A stretch of DNA of 64,000 bases from the NCBI GenBank assembly GCA_965541585.1, contig CBEUCH010000002.1:32001-96000 (forward strand). The letters are read 5' to 3'. This document shows, piece by piece, positions 58,837 through 64,000 of this stretch (the first letter of the stretch is position 1; every line of letters begins with the position of its first letter). Made by a program: the position numbers and the translations under genes. Source of the DNA: an uncultured bacterium (GTDB lineage: Bacteria; Zixibacteria; MSB-5A5; UBA10806). Under the pieces are notes generated by a model, which did no database searches, was not told the origin of the DNA, and saw nothing but the letters and a program-made list of their open reading frames with translations.

Positions 58837-59541
58837 ATGTGCGGTAGAGGACTTACACGGCTTTTCAGAATTGATCTCGGGCGGACACGTTTCAAGGATG
58901 CTTGGGAAACACAGAAGCGACTGGTAAGTCTTCGGTCCAGAAGCCGGATACCGGACTGCCTTCTCCTGACCGAGCACGAACCGGTCATGACTACGGGGCG
59001 AGCGTCGTCGAAATCGAACCTGCTGTGTTCCCCGACGGAACTCAGAGAACGCGGCATCGAACTCTATGATATAGAGCGGGGAGGCGATATCACATTCCAT
59101 GGCCCCGGTCAGCTCGTGGCATACCCCATAATAGATCTAAATGCCCGAGGGCGGGATCTGCATCGTTATTTACGCGATCTTGAGAGCATTGTCGCTGCCA
59201 CCCTGGGCGACCTCGGTCTGGAGGCTGGAATCAAGCAAGGGCTAACGGGTGTCTGGGTGAATGATTGCAAACTAGCGGCCATCGGCGTAGCGGTTTCGCG
59301 ATGGATTACTTACCACGGCGTGGCGCTGAATGTAAATACCGATTTAGACTATTTTAAGCTGATCAAACCCTGCGGCATCACCCAATATCCGGTTGGATCG
59401 ATCTCGTCGATGCTGGGTGAAAAAATCGATCTGCAGAAAGTCGCGGATTTACTGGCGGATAATTTCGCGCGCCTCTTCTTCTATAAAACTACAAATGTAA
59501 CGGATATTGATTCGCTGTTAGGCGAACCGGCCGAGGTATAA
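58837..59541 (+). CDS. lipB: Octanoyltransferase LipB
   Basis: EH.PV.T.GR, RGGDITFHGPGQ, KLAAIG, HGVALN, PCG. Confidence 0.95.
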   Translation: MCGRGLTRLFRIDLGRTRFKDAWETQKRLVSLRSRSRIPDCLLLTEHEPVMTTGRASSKSNLLCSPTELRERGIELYDIERGGDITFHGPGQLVAYPIIDLNARGRDLHRYLRDLESIVAATLGDLGLEAGIKQGLTGVWVNDCKLAAIGVAVSRWITYHGVALNVNTDLDYFKLIKPCGITQYPVGSISSMLGEKIDLQKVADLLADNFARLFFYKTTNVTDIDSLLGEPAEV

Positions 59542-59544
59542 TCC

Positions 59545-59859
59545 TTGTTAGAAAATCATGATTATTATATCAAAGTCGGGCGGCTGGATGATCTAAGAAG
59601 GGCAGGCTATCTGAAGATCTCGCTTAAAGGCCGTAAGATCATGATCGTTTTCAGCGACAGCGGTCTGGTCGCAATGGATCTGGATTATGCACTCGATCAT
59701 TCGAAACACGCGGCTTCACCGCGCGGACTTCATGATTTAGACTCCGACCGGCTGAATATTCTCACCGGCTCATTTAATAAGGAATGGGGAAAGTTGACTA
59801 TCTACCCGGTAAAAATCGACGGAAGCGATATTCTTATTAGCGCAAACCCTCTAAATTAG
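59545..59859 (+). CDS. Rieske/NirD-fold-like protein without Fe-S ligands
   Basis: N-terminal 'KVGRLDDL' and C-terminal 'LTIYPVKIDGSDILI' resemble Rieske ferredoxins; the protein has no Cys. Confidence 0.55.
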   Translation: MLENHDYYIKVGRLDDLRRAGYLKISLKGRKIMIVFSDSGLVAMDLDYALDHSKHAASPRGLHDLDSDRLNILTGSFNKEWGKLTIYPVKIDGSDILISANPLN

Positions 59860-60495
59860 GTGCAAATTATGTTCATAACGGAACCCGCCATCAACGAATA
59901 TATAAAAAAGATACTTCCCCGAGGGGATGAGGTCCTGGCCGAGATGGAGGATTACGCCTCACAGAATGATTTTCCTATTATCGGGCCGATGGTCGGGCCT
60001 TTTCTGCGGCAACTGGCGTTGATTACCGGAGCCGAAAGCATATTCGAGATGGGATCTGGTTTTGGCTATTCAGCGTACTGGTTCGCCGGCGGAATGAATG
60101 GTAGAGGTAAAATCATCTGTACAGACGGATCGGATGATAATAAAAAGAAAGCGCTGGGTTTCCTTAAAAGAGGCGGTTTCGAGCGCCAGGTCGAGTTTCA
60201 TGTGGGCAATGCTCTTGAGATCATCAGCCGCTTCGATGAGCCTTTTGACATCATCCTCAATGATATCAGTAAAGAGGATTACCCGGAAGCTTTCGACATC
60301 GCCATACCTCGGATTAAACAGGGCGGCCTTTTCATCACCGACAACGTTCTCTGGTCCGGTCGGGTCCTCGATGAAAAACCCGATAAGACAACTAAAGCGA
60401 TTCTGGAGTTCAATCGAAAACTGTGTAGTACGGACGGTGTGTTATCGTCTATAATTCCCATCCGCGACGGCCTGGGGATAGCAGTGAAACTATGA
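59860..60495 (+). CDS. Class I SAM-dependent O-methyltransferase
   Basis: EMGSGFGYS, FD.I..D..K..YP, DNVLWSG, RDGL. Confidence 0.92.
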   Translation: MQIMFITEPAINEYIKKILPRGDEVLAEMEDYASQNDFPIIGPMVGPFLRQLALITGAESIFEMGSGFGYSAYWFAGGMNGRGKIICTDGSDDNKKKALGFLKRGGFERQVEFHVGNALEIISRFDEPFDIILNDISKEDYPEAFDIAIPRIKQGGLFITDNVLWSGRVLDEKPDKTTKAILEFNRKLCSTDGVLSSIIPIRDGLGIAVKL

Positions 60496-60953
60496 CAGCC
60501 ATCGAACTTATTCAGGCGCAACGCAAAATCTTCTTTGAAGGCACTGAGATGGTAATCGCCGGGATCAAGCCGGAGTGGTTCGATCTCCGTCCACTGCCCG
60601 AGCTTATGACTTTCGGAGAGCAGATCGATCATATAGCCGCCGTGGAGGCCGAGATTCTGGGCGAAACGGCGGAGGCCTTAGGGCATGCAAAAATACCCTT
60701 CGATTTCAAACCATCGAAGGATCTTCCGGGCGCGATTGCTCAATGGAAGAGTATTCACTCGCTCGGTGATAAGTTTATTGGAACGCTCGATGATGGGAAA
60801 CTCTCGTTTCGTTTTCTAACGGTGAGCCATGTACATGTCTCGGTTGCCTATATGATCAACGTCGTCCTGGAGCACGAGATTCATCACCGCGGAGAGCTGG
60901 TCTCATATTTCCGGATGATAAAGCAGGAACCTCCCAAACGCTGGTCCGATTAG
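60492..60953 (+). CDS. DinB family protein
   Basis: 'MTFGEQIDHI' and 'HEIHHRGEL..Y.R'. Confidence 0.88.
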   Translation: MTAIELIQAQRKIFFEGTEMVIAGIKPEWFDLRPLPELMTFGEQIDHIAAVEAEILGETAEALGHAKIPFDFKPSKDLPGAIAQWKSIHSLGDKFIGTLDDGKLSFRFLTVSHVHVSVAYMINVVLEHEIHHRGELVSYFRMIKQEPPKRWSD

Positions 60954-60980
60954 TCGGATGAACAGTCAATTGACATTTGA

Positions 60981-61937
60981 ATGAACTTAAAAGACATCAT
61001 AAGAGAAGAAGCCTTCGAATTGGGATTCTCAGCGTTCGGGATAGCGCCCGCGGATTACGATCCCGTGGGCCACGACAGACTTCTTCGCTGGCTCGATAAT
61101 GGATATCAAGCCGGGATGGACTACATGCTGCGGAACCCCCGTAGGAGATACGACCTGGGATTGCATGTGACCGGCGCCAGATCTGTCATCGTCTGCGCTT
61201 TGAATTATTACACCGAGCCGAAGAATGAATTACTGAAAGGGTATGTATCAATTTATGCCCGCGGTGAAAATTATCATCGCGTGGTAGCAAGCAAGCTGCA
61301 GACTCTATGCGGAAGGATCAAGAAGGTCTCGGCGGATTTTGAACCGAAGATCTTCGTGGATTCATCACCGGTGGGAGAGAAGGCGCTGGCCGTCAGAGCC
61401 GGTATTGGGTTCGCTGGCAGAAACGGCATGGTTATCATTCCCGGAGACGAGAGAATGCCCGGAAAACCACCCGGAGGGAGTTTTCATTTTTTGGGCGGTA
61501 TTATCACAGATCTGAATCTGGAGCCGGACAATCCCGGGAGGGGAACCTGCGGCCAATGCAGGAAATGCATAGACGCCTGCCCCACGGATGCCATTGTCGG
61601 CGACGGGGTTATCGATGCCTCCAGATGCATTTCTTATCATACCACGCAGAATAAAGGGGTCATCTCCGATGACATCACCGGAAAAATGGGGAATATGATC
61701 TTCGGGTGTGATATCTGTCAACTCGTATGCCCTTATAACAAAAAATCTGCGATAACCGCCGAGCAGGCCTTCGCGCCGCGCAGCGATCTGGTTGATATCG
61801 ATCTTGAGATGCTCGAAGACTTATCTGAAGATCAATTCGAGGTTCGTTTCAAGGGCAATAGTATCGAAGATATAGGCTATGCGACATTTAAGAGAAATGT
61901 CTCAATAGCCCGGAGAAATATTAGTCAGTGTGTGTAG
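60981..61937 (+). CDS. queG: Epoxyqueuosine reductase
   Basis: YARGENYH, VDSSP..EK.LA..AG.G, CGQCRKCIDACPT, RCISY, GCDICQ.VCP.N. Confidence 0.94.
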   Translation: MNLKDIIREEAFELGFSAFGIAPADYDPVGHDRLLRWLDNGYQAGMDYMLRNPRRRYDLGLHVTGARSVIVCALNYYTEPKNELLKGYVSIYARGENYHRVVASKLQTLCGRIKKVSADFEPKIFVDSSPVGEKALAVRAGIGFAGRNGMVIIPGDERMPGKPPGGSFHFLGGIITDLNLEPDNPGRGTCGQCRKCIDACPTDAIVGDGVIDASRCISYHTTQNKGVISDDITGKMGNMIFGCDICQLVCPYNKKSAITAEQAFAPRSDLVDIDLEMLEDLSEDQFEVRFKGNSIEDIGYATFKRNVSIARRNISQCV

Positions 61938-62103
61938 ATTATTCGATATAGCCGATCAGAAGACAAATCACTTATTTCCGATGATAAAAGGCCGGCATGT
62001 TGAATTGTCGGTCGTGCAAATATTGTAGTGCGTTGATAATCAAGGGGTTACGCAATCCAAGGGATAATTGGATCGACTTAAAAAATAACGGGAACGTTTT
62101 GGC

Positions 62104-62132
62104 TTGACACTCGGTATATATATAGGTATAAT
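62104..62132 (+). promoter_or_regulatory. Consensus sigma70 promoter of the Rrf2 operon
   Basis: TTGACA-N17-TATAAT, a perfect match. Confidence 0.85.
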
Positions 62133-62173
62133 TGGGATAAATGGATTCTTTAACTCCATGATTAAGGAGCAAG

Positions 62174-62638
62174 TTGATGCAGATATCAAGAAAATCCGAC
62201 TACGCAATGAGGGCCATGGTCTACGTGGCTGCCTGGGAAGACGACAAGATCTGTTCGATAAATGAGATTTCCGAGGCTGAGAAGGTCCCCCGGGAGTATC
62301 TGGCCAAGATCTTAAAGGAACTCTCGTTGCAGGGATTCCTGCATAGCTATAAGGGTATCAACGGCGGTTATCGTTTGGCCAGGCCTCGTGAAGAGGTTAC
62401 TTTCCTGAGCATCCTTGAGGGAATGCAGGGCAAGGTTGCTGTCAATGAGTGTGTAAGGTCCTGTTCTCCGGTCTCATGTCTTAAGAAACCAAATTGTGCG
62501 ATTCATGGGTTCTGGTTAGCCGAGCAGGAAAGGGTTGTGGAGTCTTTAAAGTCAGTCAATCTGGCCGGTCTGGACTACGAAAAATACTATCCCTTTGCTC
62601 GCAGCAAGCGCAAAAAGCGAGTTGCCCAGACCGCGTAG
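62174..62638 (+). CDS. Rrf2-family transcriptional regulator with Cys cluster
   Basis: DYAMRA, YLAKIL..L, G.NGGY.LAR, 'ECVRSCSPVSCLKKPNCAIH'. Confidence 0.93.
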   Translation: MMQISRKSDYAMRAMVYVAAWEDDKICSINEISEAEKVPREYLAKILKELSLQGFLHSYKGINGGYRLARPREEVTFLSILEGMQGKVAVNECVRSCSPVSCLKKPNCAIHGFWLAEQERVVESLKSVNLAGLDYEKYYPFARSKRKKRVAQTA

Positions 62639-62690
62639 TCGATTCTACTCCAACCAGAGTTTCGATTAACCAAACCTTCAGGGGTTTGCC

Positions 62691-63701
62691 TTGAATAGCG
62701 GGAAAGTCAGGGCTATTGCCCTTTATTCCGGGGGGCTCGATTCGACACTGGCCATCCTCCAGATGATGAAATGCGGTGTTGAGGTCGAGGCCATCACGTT
62801 TCTCACTCATTTCGGCTGTGATGCCAGCGATTCATCGTCATGCGGCTCCGATCCCTATCCTGCCGCTGAGCAGTTCGGCTTCAAGGTGAAGCTGGCCCAT
62901 CTCGGGCAGAAATTCGTCGATATCGTAAAGAATCCCCGTTTCGGACACGGGAAGAATATGAATCCCTGTATCGATTGCCGGCTCGTCATGCTTGACGAGG
63001 CTAAAAATTACATGGAGATGGGCGGCGGCGATTTCATCATAACCGGCGAGGTGCTGGGGCAGCGGCCGATGTCGCAGAGGAAATTTGCACTCGACCTGGT
63101 GGCCCGAAAATGCGGCCTCGAAGGTAAGCTTGTCCGGCCGTTATCGGGACGATTGCTGCCACCGACCGTCCCCGAAAAAGAGGGTATTATCAAACGGGAA
63201 TGGCTTTTAGATATCCAGGGACGCTCACGCAAGCGGCAGATGCAGCTGGCGGAGGAGTTCGGGCTCAAGGAGTATCCGTCGCCGGCGGCGGGGTGTCTAT
63301 TGACCGACCAGCGATATTCCGACCGCTTGCGCGATCTTTTGAAATACAAGCCGGATACCGATTTCAACGATCTCAACCTGCTGCGGGTGGGACGGCATTT
63401 CCGGCTCGACCCCCAGACCAAGCTGGTGGTGGGACGCGACAAAACCGAAAACGAGATTATCGAATCGTTGATGCAAAAAGGGGACTGCCGCCTGGAAGCA
63501 CCCGATTTCGGCTCGCCGGTGGGGCTGTTGCGCGGACGGTATGATGATGCCGTGCTGGAAAAGGCCGCCGCCGTGGTGGCGCGCTATAGCGACGGCAAAG
63601 ACGAAAGCTCCCTGCGCGTGGACTATGGGAATTCCGCCGCCAACGGTTTGGTTGAGACCGCACCGGCGCAGGATGGATTCTTAGACGAGATCAGGATATA
63701 G
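62691..63701 (+). CDS. ThiI/MnmA-like PP-loop tRNA sulfurtransferase
   Basis: SGGLDS, NPCIDC, TGEVLGQRPMSQ, PAAGCLLT, GRHFR. Confidence 0.85.
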   Translation: MNSGKVRAIALYSGGLDSTLAILQMMKCGVEVEAITFLTHFGCDASDSSSCGSDPYPAAEQFGFKVKLAHLGQKFVDIVKNPRFGHGKNMNPCIDCRLVMLDEAKNYMEMGGGDFIITGEVLGQRPMSQRKFALDLVARKCGLEGKLVRPLSGRLLPPTVPEKEGIIKREWLLDIQGRSRKRQMQLAEEFGLKEYPSPAAGCLLTDQRYSDRLRDLLKYKPDTDFNDLNLLRVGRHFRLDPQTKLVVGRDKTENEIIESLMQKGDCRLEAPDFGSPVGLLRGRYDDAVLEKAAAVVARYSDGKDESSLRVDYGNSAANGLVETAPAQDGFLDEIRI

Positions 63702-63708
63702 GTTTTTT

Positions 63709-63863
63709 GTAGGTCGGCATTTTAATGCCGACACCCGGATGCAGGCAATAAATTACCCGCCTACTGGATTCCCCATACGGGCCGTATGGCCGATCAGTAT
63801 TTGTAGGTCAAGACCCCCGTGGTCTTGACTCCTTGTTGTCAAATCCCAGGGGATTTGACCTAC
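63709..63863. repeat. Cluster of four GTAG-headed REP-like palindromes in two inward-facing pairs
   Basis: 63709-63732 (+), 63741-63764 (-), 63803-63829 (+), 63838-63863 (-). Confidence 0.8.
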
Positions 63864-64000
63864 TGCATTGTCTTCCATTCTTATCATTTTTTCCTTTTTC
63901 TCGGGCCCCACGTTTTGAGTGGGGGAGGTCCCGGGACCTTTAATGATCCCACGCAAGGTAGTACCTGCCCAGCAAGAATACGAAACGGGCAGCTACCAAG

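Noticed and set aside
1..64000. tRNA/rRNA genes, selenocysteine read-through, programmed frameshifts, transposases or integrases
   Set aside because: None recognised by eye, and the identified genes appear intact; tRNAscan-SE and Infernal would be needed to exclude RNA genes fully.

Overview
A gene-dense bacterial chromosomal window of moderate GC. Cys-flanked dockerin-like C-termini and a T9SS/FlgD-type C-terminal domain suggest an FCB-related lineage such as Zixibacteria; this is inference from protein style only. Housekeeping genes include a PSP1-domain fragment, metG, rsmA, a TatD-radical SAM fusion, dusB, larB/larC, etfA, secA, suhB, rmlACBD, a Mrp/NfuA/ferredoxin/Rrf2 Fe-S neighbourhood, lipB, queG and a ThiI-like gene. 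There are also signalling genes (HD-GYP, GAF-kinase, FHA/phosphoesterase/CHASE2-Ser/Thr kinase) and secreted repeat proteins. I found no rRNA, tRNA, CRISPR array or transposase. The best leads are: (1) an AT-rich TIR-wHTH-wHTH gene slotted between larB and larC; (2) a WD40/Lys-rich/KAP-NTPase gene in a variable region after secA whose genes are separated by GTAG-headed REP-like hairpins; (3) an unannotated 35-aa basic CCCH microprotein with its own RBS and terminator; (4) a histidine kinase lacking its phospho-acceptor His; (5) a SecA with a 4-Cys insert; (6) a Cys-pair AbrB-type regulator in front of arsM. All family assignments come from recognising motifs by eye; no searches were run.
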